Of a stretch of 64,000 bases of DNA, positions 21,008 to 31,491 are shown in pieces. Source of the stretch: Candidatus Dormiibacterota bacterium (GTDB lineage Bacteria > Chloroflexota > Dormibacteria > Aeolococcales > Aeolococcaceae); contig OY970355.1 of assembly GCA_963718525.1 (NCBI GenBank), positions 448,001-512,000 of the forward strand. The letters are read 5' to 3'. The notes beneath the pieces are model-generated. The model saw only the letters and a list, made by a program, of their open reading frames with translations. It had not been told where the DNA came from and did no database searches. The first letter of the stretch is position 1, and each line of letters begins with the position of its first letter. Made by a program: the position numbers and the translations under genes.

Positions 21008-21979
21008 ATGACTCTGCTCGTCGGAGTCGTCGAGGACGACACACCCACTCGCGAACTGATGACACCAATGCCGGGCGTGCGATATCTGTTCATCGACCCG
21101 TCGGCGGCGCCGCCGTCAGAGCTCGCCGACGTCGACGCGCTGCTGATCTGGAACGTCCGCAGCGCCTACCCGCGCAAGCATTGGAGCAACTTCAAACGGC
21201 TGCGCTGGATCCATTCCGGAACCGCGGGCGTCGAGCGTGTGCTCTTTCCCGAGCTCGCCGGGAGCGACGTGGTGGTCACCAACTCGCGATACATCTTCGA
21301 CCAGGCCCTGGCGGAGTACGCGATCGGGCTGATGCTGGCGCTCTGCAAGGATCTGCCGGCCACGGTGCGTCACCAGACCGAGCATCGCTGGAAGCAGCGC
21401 GAGACCGAATCGCTGTCCGGAAAGGTGGTGCTGATGGTCGGTGTCGGCCCGATCGCGCGGCGAACCGCCCTGCTTGCGAAGGCGATCGGCATGTCGGTGC
21501 GCGGCATCGGTCGGACTGCACGCGCCGGCGATCCCGACTTCGGCGACATCGCCGGCCCCGATGCCCTCCCGGCATTGTTCGCGGAGGCGGACTATGTCGT
21601 GCTGGTCCTTCCCAGCACACCGGAAACGCAGTGCATGGTCGGACGAGCGGCGCTCGGTGCGCTCAAGCCGAGCGCCCGTCTCATCAACGTCGGCCGCGGC
21701 TCCACGCTGGACCAGGATGCCCTCTGCGACGCGCTCCGCGAGGGGCGCATCGCCGGCGCGGCGCTCGACGTCGTGGTCCCGGAACCGCTGCCGGCGGATT
21801 CCCCACTGTGGGACGTGCCGAATCTGATCGTCTCGCCGCACATGGCCGGCGATCGCGCCGGCTGGAAACGCGACGTCGTCGAGCTGTTCTTGAGCAACCT
21901 CGAGCGGTTCCAGCGCAGCGAACCCCTGCTCAACGTCGTCGACAAGAACCTCGGCTACGCGCCATCGGCGAACACGTGA
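21008..21979 (+). CDS. D-2-hydroxyacid dehydrogenase family protein
   Basis: WIHSGTAGVE, VGVGPIA, INVGRG, AALDV, SPHMAG. Confidence 0.9.
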   Translation: MTLLVGVVEDDTPTRELMTPMPGVRYLFIDPSAAPPSELADVDALLIWNVRSAYPRKHWSNFKRLRWIHSGTAGVERVLFPELAGSDVVVTNSRYIFDQALAEYAIGLMLALCKDLPATVRHQTEHRWKQRETESLSGKVVLMVGVGPIARRTALLAKAIGMSVRGIGRTARAGDPDFGDIAGPDALPALFAEADYVVLVLPSTPETQCMVGRAALGALKPSARLINVGRGSTLDQDALCDALREGRIAGAALDVVVPEPLPADSPLWDVPNLIVSPHMAGDRAGWKRDVVELFLSNLERFQRSEPLLNVVDKNLGYAPSANT

Positions 21980-22025
21980 CTGGGGCCGCGGTTGCGGAGG
22001 CGCCCTGCGACGCCGCTGCCTGAGG

Positions 22026-22250
22026 TCAGTCCCCGACGGGCTCGCCCGACGCGAAGCTGAGCCCGTGCAAGTCCTCGATCATCCGGTCGGCTAGCCTCAG
22101 AAACCGCCGCGTCCGCCACGCCTGGTCCGGTTCCCCGCCCGTGAGCACCGGAACCGCAGCCTCCTTGATGACCAGCAGCAGCGCCTCGAGATCACGCATC
22201 AGGCGCATGACGCGCGTCCACGCGTCTTCCTGTTCGTCCATTTCACCCAT
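22026..22250 (-). CDS. Small hypothetical protein
   Basis: About 70-74 aa amphipathic helical ORF with GGAAGGGG RBS-like sequence upstream; no family recognised. Confidence 0.45.
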   Translation of the reverse strand: MGEMDEQEDAWTRVMRLMRDLEALLLVIKEAAVPVLTGGEPDQAWRTRRFLRLADRMIEDLHGLSFASGEPVGD

Positions 22251-22391
22251 CCCCTTCCGCCATGCCAGCCGGCAGGCGAGAACATCATCGCACATTTCGT
22301 GGTGCGTTCGGAGCGTTCGATCTTGATTGGAGACCCTGCCGACGCCATGCTGGCCGTCGCAGAGCAGGCCGGCGCCCGGGAATCTCGGCGG

Positions 22392-23492
22392 TTAGAGGTT
22401 GCCCCTCGCCGCCTGCTCGCGCTCGATCAACTCGAACAGGGCTTTGAAATTCCCTTTCCCGAAGCCCTTGCACCCCTTGCGCTGGATGACCTCGAAGAAC
22501 AGGGTTGGGCGATCGCCGACAGGGCGCGTGAAGATCTGCAGCAGGTAGCCGTCGTCATCGCGGTCGATGAGGATGTTGAGCGCACGCAACCTGTCGAGAT
22601 CCTCGTCGATGCCGGCGGCGCGATCGCCGAGCGCGTCGTAGTAGGCGCCGGGGGCGGTGAGGAACTCCACGCCGCGGTCGCGCATCTCCTGCACGGTGCC
22701 GACGACGTCATCGGTGTGCACGGCGATGTGCTGGATCCCGCTGCCACGGTAGTAGTCGAGATATTCCTGAATCTGCGACTTCTTCAATCCGACGTGCGGC
22801 TCGTTGATGGGCATGGTGATCTGCGTGCGCGGATCCCGCGCCACCTTCGAGCGCAGCGCGCTGTACTGGGTGGCGATGTCCTTCTCGTCGAATTCCTGGA
22901 ACACGGTGAATCCGAAGACTTCCGAGTAGAACGAGATCCAGTCGTCCATCTTGCCGGTGTCGACGTTGCCGACCGTGTGGTCGATGAAACGCAGTCCGAC
23001 GCCACCGCCGCTGCGGTTGTCTGCGCGGTATCCCGGCCAGAAGACTCCCGAATACTCGTTGCGCTCGACGAACGTATGGACCGTGTCGCCGAAGGTGGCG
23101 ATCGACGCGGAGGTGACGACGCCGTGCTCGTCCTCCGAACGAGTGGGCTCGGCGATGCTTCGCGCGCCCCGCGCGGTGGCTGCTGCGTACGCCGCGGTGG
23201 CGTCCTCGACCCGCAGCGCGATGGTCCGGACACCGTCGCCGTGGAGCCGCACGTGGTCGGCGACTTCACCCTCGGGCTGCAGCGGCGCCGTGAGGACCAG
23301 GCGGACCTTGCCCTGCTGGAGGACGTAGCTGGCCCGATCACGAATGCCGGTCTCCGGCCCGGCGTAGGCGATCACGTCGAAGCCGAAGGCCTGACGGTAG
23401 TGGTAGGCCGCCTGGCGCGCGTTGCCGACCCACAGCTCAACGTGATCCGTGCCTTCGAGCACCGGTACGGCGACATCGGCGACCTGGACCAT
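22392..23492 (-). CDS. hppD: 4-hydroxyphenylpyruvate dioxygenase
   Basis: [59 protein letters not shown]...[11 protein letters not shown]. Confidence 0.93.
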   Translation of the reverse strand: MVQVADVAVPVLEGTDHVELWVGNARQAAYHYRQAFGFDVIAYAGPETGIRDRASYVLQQGKVRLVLTAPLQPEGEVADHVRLHGDGVRTIALRVEDATAAYAAATARGARSIAEPTRSEDEHGVVTSASIATFGDTVHTFVERNEYSGVFWPGYRADNRSGGGVGLRFIDHTVGNVDTGKMDDWISFYSEVFGFTVFQEFDEKDIATQYSALRSKVARDPRTQITMPINEPHVGLKKSQIQEYLDYYRGSGIQHIAVHTDDVVGTVQEMRDRGVEFLTAPGAYYDALGDRAAGIDEDLDRLRALNILIDRDDDGYLLQIFTRPVGDRPTLFFEVIQRKGCKGFGKGNFKALFELIEREQAARGNL

Positions 23493-23511
23493 GTGGTTCT
23501 ATTGTAGGTGT
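23493..23511. promoter_or_regulatory. Putative bidirectional leaderless promoter (overlapping -10 hexamers) for hppD and paaA
   Basis: TATTGT (+, 23500-23505) 6 nt before the paaA ATG; TACAAT (-, 23506-23501) 8 nt before the hppD ATG. Confidence 0.55.
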
Positions 23512-24516
23512 ATGAGATCGAGCGTCCAGATCGATCCCGGTGCGGGGAGCGGCACATCCGGGGATGGGGCACACGCGGTGGCGGACCAGCGTGAAGCCGA
23601 GTTTCAGGCGCTGATCGACGCGGATCAGCGGATCGAACCGCGCGACTGGATGCCCGACGCCTACCGGGCCACGCTCGTCCGCCAGATCGCCCAGCATGCC
23701 CACTCCGAGATCATCGGCATGCAACCCGAGGGCAACTGGATCACGCGAGCGCCTTCGCTGCGCCGCAAGGCGATCCTCATGGCCAAGGTCCAGGACGAAG
23801 CCGGTCACGGCCTCTACCTCTACTGCGCTGCCGAAACACTCGGCATCGATCGTGCCGAGCTCATCGAGCTGCTGCATCAGGGCCGTCAGAAGTATTCGAG
23901 CATCTTCAACTACCCCACCCTCACCTGGGCGGACGTCGGAGCGATCGGCTGGCTCGTCGACGGCGCCGCGATCACCAATCAGATTCCGCTCTGCCGTTGC
24001 TCGTTCGGACCGTACGCGCGGGCGATGGTTCGCGTCTGCAAGGAGGAGTCGTTCCACCAGCGCCAGGGGTTCGAGTCGCTCTATGCGCTGTCGCACGGAT
24101 CGCCCGAACAGCATCAGATGGCGCAGGACGCGGTCAACCGCTGGTGGTGGCCGTCGATCGAGATGCTCGGTCCACCCGACGCGGACTCGGCCCACAGCGC
24201 GCAATCGATGGCCTGGGGCATCAAGCGCTTCACGAACGATGAGCTGCGTCAGCGCTTCGTCGACATGGTCGCCCCGCAGGCCGTGGTGCTCGGCCTGACG
24301 CCTCCCGATCCGGAGCTGCGTTGGAATGAGGAGCGCGGCCACTACGACTTCGGCGCACCCGACTTCGAGGAGTTGCGCCGCGTGGTCGGCGGTGATGGGC
24401 CGTGCAATCGCCAGCGCGCCGCGCACCATCTGAAGGCACACGAGGACGGTGCCTGGGTCCGCGAGGCTGCCGCCGCGTACGCCGCCAAGCACGCGGCGAC
24501 CAGCACCGCAGCATGA
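23512..24516 (+). CDS. paaA: Phenylacetyl-CoA 1,2-epoxidase subunit A
   Basis: [46 protein letters not shown]; start could also be GTG 23578. Confidence 0.95.
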   Translation: MRSSVQIDPGAGSGTSGDGAHAVADQREAEFQALIDADQRIEPRDWMPDAYRATLVRQIAQHAHSEIIGMQPEGNWITRAPSLRRKAILMAKVQDEAGHGLYLYCAAETLGIDRAELIELLHQGRQKYSSIFNYPTLTWADVGAIGWLVDGAAITNQIPLCRCSFGPYARAMVRVCKEESFHQRQGFESLYALSHGSPEQHQMAQDAVNRWWWPSIEMLGPPDADSAHSAQSMAWGIKRFTNDELRQRFVDMVAPQAVVLGLTPPDPELRWNEERGHYDFGAPDFEELRRVVGGDGPCNRQRAAHHLKAHEDGAWVREAAAAYAAKHAATSTAA

Positions 24517-24803
24517 GCCCGGAAACGCCAGTCCCCTTGTGGGAGGTCTTCATCCGTAGCAAGCGGGGGCTGGCGCACAACCACGTGGGCAGCCTCCACG
24601 CCCCCGACGCCGAGATCGCGCTGCGCAATGCGCGTGACGTCTACACCCGGCGCATGGAGGGTGTGAGCATCTGGGTCGTCCCCTCGGCCGCAATCACGGC
24701 TTCATCGCCGGACGAGAAGGACTCGTTCTTCGACCCCGCCGGGGACAAGCCGTACCGGCATCCGACGTTCTACGCGATACCGAAGGAAGTGCAACAGCTG
24801 TGA
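24513..24803 (+). CDS. paaB: Phenylacetyl-CoA epoxidase subunit B
   Basis: [47 protein letters not shown]. Confidence 0.95.
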   Translation: MSPETPVPLWEVFIRSKRGLAHNHVGSLHAPDAEIALRNARDVYTRRMEGVSIWVVPSAAITASSPDEKDSFFDPAGDKPYRHPTFYAIPKEVQQL

Positions 24804-25564
24804 CCGCCGTGGTCGCCGGCGCGCCGGCCGTGTACGGCCTGCGCGTCGCCGACGACTGCCTGGTGCTCTCACACCGGCTCGCGCAGTGGTCGTCATGTGC
24901 TCCGACGCTCGAGGACGACGTTGCGCTCACCAACATCGCCCTCGATCTGCTTGGCCAGGCGCGCGCGATGTACGCGCGAACCGCCGAGCTCGACGGGACG
25001 GGACGGGACGAGGACGACTACGCCTTCATGCGTGGCGAGCGGGAATTCGTGAATTGCCTGCTCGTGGAGCAGGAGAACGGAGACTTCGCGACGACGATCG
25101 TCCGCCAGCTGCTCTGCTCGACATACCAGCTGGCGCTCTGGCAGGCGCTGACAGCCTCGACGGACGAGCAGATCGCTGCCATCGCCGCCAAGGCGGTCAA
25201 GGAGACCGCGTACCACCGCGACCACGCCACCGACTGGACGCTTCGCCTGGGTGATGGGACCGACGAGAGCCACCGCCGCATGGAGAGCGCACTCGCCGCC
25301 CTCTGGCCGTTCACCGCCGAGCTCTTCGAACATGATGCCGTGACTCGTGAGGTGACAGGGCTGGGCGTCGGTCCCGACCCGGACGGTCTTCGCGCCGCGT
25401 GGGACGCATACATCAGCCGGGTGCTCGGCGACGCCACGCTGGTGATTCCCAAGGCGAGCTGGAAACCGACCGGCGGCCGGGAAGGGCTGCACACCGAGGC
25501 GTTTGGGTACATGCTGGCTGAGATGCAGCATCTCCATCGCTCGTTTCCCGGGGTCGTCTGGTGA
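24800..25564 (+). CDS. paaC: Phenylacetyl-CoA epoxidase subunit C
   Basis: APTLEDDVALTNIALDLLGQAR, KETAYH, LRLGDGTDESH, MQHLHRSFPG. Confidence 0.95.
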   Translation: MTAVVAGAPAVYGLRVADDCLVLSHRLAQWSSCAPTLEDDVALTNIALDLLGQARAMYARTAELDGTGRDEDDYAFMRGEREFVNCLLVEQENGDFATTIVRQLLCSTYQLALWQALTASTDEQIAAIAAKAVKETAYHRDHATDWTLRLGDGTDESHRRMESALAALWPFTAELFEHDAVTREVTGLGVGPDPDGLRAAWDAYISRVLGDATLVIPKASWKPTGGREGLHTEAFGYMLAEMQHLHRSFPGVVW

Positions 25565-26040
25565 CCGTCATCGACGAGATCCGCCGCGTCGCGGGTGCGA
25601 TACCCGACCCGGAGATGCCCGCCCTGACCATCGCCGATCTGGGCATCCTTCGCGATGTCCGCATCGACGCGTCCGGTCATGTCGACATCGACATCACGCC
25701 GACGTACTCGGGGTGTCCGGCGCTCGACACCATTCGCGAGGATGTCGAGCGGCGCATTCGCGAGCAGGGCTACGCCGACGTGGCGGTACGTGTGGTGCTG
25801 TCGCCCGCGTGGACGACGGAGTGGATGTCGGAGGCCGGCCGGGTCAAGCTCCGCGAATACGGCATCGCGCCACCGCGACGGCAGCACTTCGAGGTCACCT
25901 CCCTCCGGGTCGCCGTCGAATGCCCGCAGTGCACCTCGACGCGCACCCACGAACTCGCGCACTTCGGGTCGACGCAGTGCCAGGCCGTGCGTCAGTGCGA
26001 TGCGTGCGGCGAGACGTTCCCGCACTTCAAGGAGCATTGA
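25561..26040 (+). CDS. paaD: Phenylacetyl-CoA epoxidase subunit D
   Basis: PDPEMP, TPTYSGCPA, PAWTTEWM, CPQC...FGST.C...C..CGETFPHFK. Confidence 0.93.
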   Translation: MTVIDEIRRVAGAIPDPEMPALTIADLGILRDVRIDASGHVDIDITPTYSGCPALDTIREDVERRIREQGYADVAVRVVLSPAWTTEWMSEAGRVKLREYGIAPPRRQHFEVTSLRVAVECPQCTSTRTHELAHFGSTQCQAVRQCDACGETFPHFKEH

Positions 26041-26044
26041 AGGC

Positions 26045-27160
26045 TTGACCGTCTCGCCGGTTGCGGAAGCCTCCGCAGGACATCGGCGCGCAACCATCCA
26101 TCCCCTGCGGGTGAAGGCGGTCGAGCCGCTGACCGATGACTCGGTGGTCATCGAGTTCGATGTTCCGCCCGAGCTGGCCGGTGAATTCTCGTTCACTCAT
26201 GGGCAGCACGTGTCGCTGCGGTGCGAAGCCGCCGGAGACGACACCAGGCGCAGCTATTCGATCTGCGACGCCGCCGGCTCCGGACGCCTGCGCGTTGCGG
26301 TGAAACGACTACCCGGCGGGATCTTCTCCGCGTTCGCGCTCGAGCAGCTGCGAGCCGGCGACATGGTCGAGGCGGTGACCCCGATCGGTCACTTCAACAC
26401 GCCGCTGGATCCGAGCCGCTCGACCTCCTACGCGATGATCGCGGCGGGCAGCGGGATCGCGCCCATCCTCTCCAATCTCAGCACCATTCTTGCGGTCGAA
26501 CCACACAGCACAGCGACACTGATCTACGGGAACCGGACGGTCAAGGACATCATGTTCCTCGAGGAGCTCGAGGACCTGAAGAACCGCTACCCGGAACGGT
26601 TCGCGCTGTACCACGTGCTGTCGCGGGAGGAGCAGGAGGTGCCGCTCTTCCACGGACACATCGACGGCGAGCGCCTGAACATGTTCCTTGACCAGCTCGT
26701 CCTGCCCGAGGACATCGACGAGTGGTTCCTCTGCGGACCGCGTGAGATGATCGACGCCGCGCGAGCGGTGCTGCTCGAGCGCGGCGTCGAAGCCGACCAT
26801 GTGCACGCCGAGCTGTTCCACGCCAAGGATGCGCAGCGCCCGAGCGCTGCCGAGCACCACGTCGCGGCGGGCGGCGCCGATGCTGCCGAGGTGACCATCA
26901 TGCTCGACGGACGCAGCTCCACCTTCCCCGTGGACCCGGACGGCGAGCGGATCCTCGACGCTGCACTGCGAGTCCGATCCGACGCTCCATACGCGTGCAA
27001 GGGCGGTGTCTGCGGCACCTGTCGCGCAAAGCTGATCAGTGGCAGCGTCGAGATGGATCAGCACTTCGCGCTCGAACAGCGTGAGATCGACGCGGGATTC
27101 GTGCTCGCATGCCAGTCGCATCCCACCACGCCGAAGGTCGTTCTCGACTTCGATCAGTGA
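26045..27160 (+). CDS. paaE: Phenylacetyl-CoA epoxidase reductase subunit E
   Basis: RRSYSIC, AAGSGIAP, YGNR, FLCGP, 2Fe-2S motif PYACKGGVCGTC...LACQ; TTG start is approximate. Confidence 0.92.
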   Translation: MTVSPVAEASAGHRRATIHPLRVKAVEPLTDDSVVIEFDVPPELAGEFSFTHGQHVSLRCEAAGDDTRRSYSICDAAGSGRLRVAVKRLPGGIFSAFALEQLRAGDMVEAVTPIGHFNTPLDPSRSTSYAMIAAGSGIAPILSNLSTILAVEPHSTATLIYGNRTVKDIMFLEELEDLKNRYPERFALYHVLSREEQEVPLFHGHIDGERLNMFLDQLVLPEDIDEWFLCGPREMIDAARAVLLERGVEADHVHAELFHAKDAQRPSAAEHHVAAGGADAAEVTIMLDGRSSTFPVDPDGERILDAALRVRSDAPYACKGGVCGTCRAKLISGSVEMDQHFALEQREIDAGFVLACQSHPTTPKVVLDFDQ

Positions 27161-27184
27161 ACCGAGGTCGCGCGAAGCGGATCG

Positions 27185-28159
27185 CTACTCGATGATCGGC
27201 GTCAGCCACTCCGCGTAACGGTCGTTCTCCCCTTTGCAGGCCCCAAAGTAGAGGTCCTGGAGCTTGCGTGTCACTGGACCTGGCGCTCCGGAACCGATCG
27301 TGCGCCGGTCGATCTCGATCACCGCAGAGACCTCCGCGCCGGTGCCGCAGAGCAGGACTTCGTCGGCAACGTACAGCTCGCTGCGATCGATGGTGCGCTC
27401 GACCACCGCAACTCCAAGCTCGTCACTCGCAAATTGCATCAGCACGGAGCGGGTGATGCCCTCGACGATGTTCTCCGAAGCGGGCGGCGTGATCAGCCGG
27501 CCACGCCGGAGGATGAACAGGTTTTCCGCGCTGCCCTCACACACATGTCCTTCCTGAGTCATCAGGATCGCCTCGTCGAACCCGTTGAGGAACGCCTCGG
27601 TCTTGGCGAGCGCGCTGTTGATGTAGATCCCGGTCGCCTTGGATCGTGCCGGCGCAACGTTGTCGTCGATGCGCCGCCAGCTCGACACCTGGCAGCGGAT
27701 GCCGCCCGTGGTGTCGACGTATGCGCCGAACGGCACCGGGACGATCATGAAGCCGTCACGCAGGTTGTGGAAACGAATGCCGATCTCCTCATTCGCCTTG
27801 AACACGAGCGGGCGGATGTAGACGTCGCTCCGAAAGTTGTTGCGGCGCATCAGCTCGACGGTGATCTCGCACAGCTCGTCGACGGGATGCGGTAGCTCCA
27901 TGTGCAGCATGTGTGCATTGACGGTCATGCGCGCGAAGTGGTCGGCCATCCGGAACACATTGATCCGATGCTGGCGCTCGCTCCAGTACGCCCGAATGCC
28001 CTCGAAGCAGCCCGTCCCGTAATGCAGCGCGTGGGTGAGCAGGCCGAGGTGCGCATCTCCATACCTGCGGAGCTCGCCATCGAAGTAGACCCACGTGTCC
28101 GCCTGCGCACGGCGCAGTTCGGCGGGGGCGATGGTTGCCTTGGTGGGAACTTCAGTCAC
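27185..28159 (-). CDS. ilvE: Branched-chain amino acid aminotransferase (class IV PLP)
   Basis: LHYGTGCFEGIRAY, YIRP, KATGIYINS, EGSAENLF, GITR, GTGAEV. Confidence 0.9.
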   Translation of the reverse strand: MTEVPTKATIAPAELRRAQADTWVYFDGELRRYGDAHLGLLTHALHYGTGCFEGIRAYWSERQHRINVFRMADHFARMTVNAHMLHMELPHPVDELCEITVELMRRNNFRSDVYIRPLVFKANEEIGIRFHNLRDGFMIVPVPFGAYVDTTGGIRCQVSSWRRIDDNVAPARSKATGIYINSALAKTEAFLNGFDEAILMTQEGHVCEGSAENLFILRRGRLITPPASENIVEGITRSVLMQFASDELGVAVVERTIDRSELYVADEVLLCGTGAEVSAVIEIDRRTIGSGAPGPVTRKLQDLYFGACKGENDRYAEWLTPIIE

Positions 28160-29381
28160 GGGTCAACGCCTCGTCGGGTGTCTCGATGAGATCGGCGAGA
28201 TGCCGGATGAAACCGCCGGCAACGCCTCCGTCGGCGATGCGGTGGTCGAACACGAGCGACAGCTCCACCACTGAACGGGGCACGACGTCCTCATCCACAA
28301 CCCACGGCCTGCTCGAGATGCGTCCGATACCCAGGATGGCCGCTTCTGGCGGGTTGATGATCGGGATCCCGCCGTCGACGCCGAAGGCGCCGAAGTTCGA
28401 CACCGTGAAGGTGCTGCCCCTGAGATCGTCCGCGTTGATCGAGCCGTCGCGGGCTGCGGTGGCAAGCCGCTGCAGGTCGTCGCCGATGTCTCGCAGTGTC
28501 TTGTGCTGCGCGTCGCGAATCACCACCACCACGAGGCCGCGCTCCGTCTGCACGGCGACGCCGAGATGGATCGGGGTGAACAGCACGACCTCGTTCGCCG
28601 CGGCGTCGAAATGCGCATTGAGCCTGGGGAAAGTCCTGAGCGCCACCGCGCAGAGTCGCAGGATCATCGCGAAGGGTGTGACCCACACGTCCATCGATCC
28701 AGGCGGCAGCTCGGCACGCAATTCCATGAGCCGGGTCGCGTCGGCACTGAGCCATGCCGTCGCTGCGGGGGTTTCACGATATGAGCGCGCGAGCCGCTCG
28801 GCGGCGACCCGATCGACCCCGGTCAGCGCCGCTCGAACCGATTCGACACGGGCGGCAGGCGACGGTGCGGTGACGGTGGCGCCCTGCTGCATACGACTGC
28901 GCTCGAGGTCGGCGTGGGTCACGATCCCGCCAGGGCCGCTGCCCGCCACCGTGCTGAGGTCGATGCCGAGTTCCAATGCGCGGCGTCGCACCAGCGGCGA
29001 CGCCGGAGGCGTGGCGGCCGTGGCGACCGGCGCAACGCCCCCCGACGGCGTGGGTGCACTCCGGCGCGACCGCGGTGCCGCCTCGCTCGTGCCGTAGCCC
29101 ACCAGCAGGTTGCCCGACGCCGATGCAGACGGAGCGCCTTCGACCTCGATGCTGATCAAGGGGCTGCCGACGGCGATGCTCGCGCCCTGGGCAGCATGCA
29201 GGGTGGCGACGCGTCCCGCGAACGGGGTGGGCACCTCGACGATTGCCTTCTCCGTCGAGATCTCGGCGATGGGCTGGTCGACGGTGACCACGTCACCTTC
29301 CGCGACGAGCCATCGGTTGATCTCTCCCTCCGTGAGCCCCTCGCCGAGGTCCGGCATCAGGAACGCGCGAACCGACGGCAT
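28152..29381 (-). CDS. 2-oxoacid dehydrogenase E2 (dihydrolipoamide acyltransferase)
   Basis: Lipoyl domain MPDLGEGLTEGEI...STEKAIVEVP, E3-binding ASPLVRRRA...GSGPGG, catalytic FDHRIADG. Confidence 0.92.
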   Translation of the reverse strand: MPSVRAFLMPDLGEGLTEGEINRWLVAEGDVVTVDQPIAEISTEKAIVEVPTPFAGRVATLHAAQGASIAVGSPLISIEVEGAPSASASGNLLVGYGTSEAAPRSRRSAPTPSGGVAPVATAATPPASPLVRRRALELGIDLSTVAGSGPGGIVTHADLERSRMQQGATVTAPSPAARVESVRAALTGVDRVAAERLARSYRETPAATAWLSADATRLMELRAELPPGSMDVWVTPFAMILRLCAVALRTFPRLNAHFDAAANEVVLFTPIHLGVAVQTERGLVVVVIRDAQHKTLRDIGDDLQRLATAARDGSINADDLRGSTFTVSNFGAFGVDGGIPIINPPEAAILGIGRISSRPWVVDEDVVPRSVVELSLVFDHRIADGGVAGGFIRHLADLIETPDEALTRD

Positions 29382-29384
29382 CGA

Positions 29385-30359
29385 TCAGTACTCGAGCAGC
29401 CGTGCCACCGCATCGAGGATGCGGTCGCCGTCGGGGAGAAAGTGGCGCTCGATCTTCGCCGACGGGTAGGGGACGTCCCATCCGGTGACGCGCAGCACCG
29501 GAGCAGCGAGAAAGCCGAAGGCGCGCTCGGTCACCTCGGCCGCGATCTCGGCGCCGTAGCCGGCGAACCGCGCCGCTTCGTGCACGACCAGGGCGCGTCC
29601 TGTCTTGGTGGCACTGGTCACCAGCGTGTCCACGTCGAGCGGTGACAGCGTCCGGACATCGACGACCTCGAGGTCGATGCCGCTCTCGTCGGCGGCGCGG
29701 TTCGCCGCCTCCAGCGCCGTCGTGACCATCGGCCCGTACGCGATGACGGTTGCGGCAGTCCCGGCCCGGCGAACCACCGCCTTGCCGATCGGCGGGGCGG
29801 TCACCGGCAGGTCGACGTCCTCCTTCAACCAGTAGCGGCGCTTGGGTTCGAGGAAGATGACCGGGTCCTCGAACGCGATCGACGCACGCAGCAGCGCGTA
29901 CGCATCCGACGGTGTGCCGGGAGTCACCACCGTCAGGCCGGCGGTGTGCGCGTAGTAGACCTCGGGACTCTCCGAGTGGTGCTCCACCGCGCCGATCCCG
30001 CCTCCATACGGGATGCGGATGACCAGGGGCAGACCGACGCGGCCGCGGGTCCGGCTCCGGTACTTCGCCACGTGGCTGATCACCTGGTCGAGCGCCGGGT
30101 AGGAGAAGCCGTCGAACTGCATCTCGACGACGGGGCGCATGCCATAGAGCGCCATGCCGATGGCCGTGCCGACGATCCCGGACTCCGCAACCGGGGTGTC
30201 GAAGCAGCGGTCGATGCCCATCTCCGCCTGCAGACCGTCGCTGATCCGGAAGACACCGCCCAGCTTGCCGACGTCCTCGCCGTACACGACCACGGAGTCG
30301 TCCTCGCGCATCGAGTCGCGGAGCGCGGCGTTGAGGGCACCTGCCATGGTGACCTCCAT
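29385..30359 (-). CDS. 2-oxoacid dehydrogenase E1 beta subunit
   Basis: GEDVGKLGGVFR, DTPVAESG, EMQFDGF, EHHSESPE, FLEPKR. Confidence 0.93.
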   Translation of the reverse strand: MEVTMAGALNAALRDSMREDDSVVVYGEDVGKLGGVFRISDGLQAEMGIDRCFDTPVAESGIVGTAIGMALYGMRPVVEMQFDGFSYPALDQVISHVAKYRSRTRGRVGLPLVIRIPYGGGIGAVEHHSESPEVYYAHTAGLTVVTPGTPSDAYALLRASIAFEDPVIFLEPKRRYWLKEDVDLPVTAPPIGKAVVRRAGTAATVIAYGPMVTTALEAANRAADESGIDLEVVDVRTLSPLDVDTLVTSATKTGRALVVHEAARFAGYGAEIAAEVTERAFGFLAAPVLRVTGWDVPYPSAKIERHFLPDGDRILDAVARLLEY

Positions 30360-31480
30360 CAGGCCGTCTCCTCCGCCGCGGTCAATTCCTGTTGGAGGAT
30401 CGAGCGCTCCGCCTCGAGCAGCGGCGTCTGAGTCGCGTACACGTGGTCGAACATCTCGCGTGGGTCGCCGGCAGGAGCGTCGAACAGCGAGTCGCGCATG
30501 CGCGCCGTGATGGCGTCACCTTCAGCCTCGACCTCCGCAACGTACGCATCGTCGATGACGCCGGCCTCGCGAAGCGAGCCACGGAAGCGTTCGACCGGGT
30601 CGCGCATCCGCCAGGACGTCGTCTCGTCATCGCTCCGGTAGCGGGTGGTGTCGTCCGCGGTGGTATGCGCTTCGAGACGATACGTGACCGCTTCGATCAG
30701 CGTCGGGCCGTCCCCGCGTCGTGCACGCTCAAGCGCGGTGCGCACCGCTCCGTACACCGACACGACGTCATTGCCGTCGACGCGGATGCCCGGCATCCCG
30801 ACACCCGCTGCGCGGAGCGCGATCGACGAGGCCTTGGTCTGGAGACGGTACGGCACGCTGATCGCGTAGCCGTTGTTCTGGACGACGAACACCACCGGCG
30901 CACCGAACACCCCCGCCATGTTCAGCGCCTCGTGCGCATCTCCCTCGCTGGCGGCGCCGTCGCCGAAGAAGGTCAGCGCGACGATTGGATCCTGCCGGAT
31001 ACGCGCCGCCATCGCAAGGCCCACCGCATGGAGCGCCTGGGTGGCGAGCGGCGTCGTCAGCGGTGCCACCCGGTACTGATAGGGGTCGAAGCCGCAGTGC
31101 CAGCTCCCCGAGAAGAGCGCCAGAAGCTCCACGATGTCGACGCCGCGCGCAAAGGTGCCGACCGTCTCCCGGTAGCTGGGAAAGAGCCAGTCGTCTGCCT
31201 CGAGGGCGAAGACCGCACCGACCTGCGCCGCCTCCTGTCCCTGGCTGGAAGCGAAGACTCCGAGGGCTCCCTGGCGGGTCAGGTTGATCGCTTGGCGGTC
31301 GACCCGCCGGCTCAACGCCATGAGACGGTAGAGGCTGCGGAGCTGGTCGTCACTCAGCGTGGTGTCGTGAGCGACGGGATCGCCCATCGACCCCTCTGCC
31401 GCCACATCCTGCCAGGCGGCTTTCGACAGCCCCGGAAATGAGGACGGTCCGCTGGCCGTCGACGACACCTCCACAGTCAC
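30359..31480 (-). CDS. 2-oxoacid dehydrogenase E1 alpha subunit
   Basis: [13 protein letters not shown], ThDP motif GDGAASEG...[19 protein letters not shown]; start is approximate. Confidence 0.9.
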   Translation of the reverse strand: MTVEVSSTASGPSSFPGLSKAAWQDVAAEGSMGDPVAHDTTLSDDQLRSLYRLMALSRRVDRQAINLTRQGALGVFASSQGQEAAQVGAVFALEADDWLFPSYRETVGTFARGVDIVELLALFSGSWHCGFDPYQYRVAPLTTPLATQALHAVGLAMAARIRQDPIVALTFFGDGAASEGDAHEALNMAGVFGAPVVFVVQNNGYAISVPYRLQTKASSIALRAAGVGMPGIRVDGNDVVSVYGAVRTALERARRGDGPTLIEAVTYRLEAHTTADDTTRYRSDDETTSWRMRDPVERFRGSLREAGVIDDAYVAEVEAEGDAITARMRDSLFDAPAGDPREMFDHVYATQTPLLEAERSILQQELTAAEETA

Positions 31481-31491
31481 GTTGATCGATC

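Noticed and set aside
22392-23492. hppD as a hydroxymandelate synthase
   Set aside because: The sequence has typical HppD motifs (HTVGNV, PINEP, LQIF) and there is no NRPS or hmo context. It is not formally excluded without a phylogeny.
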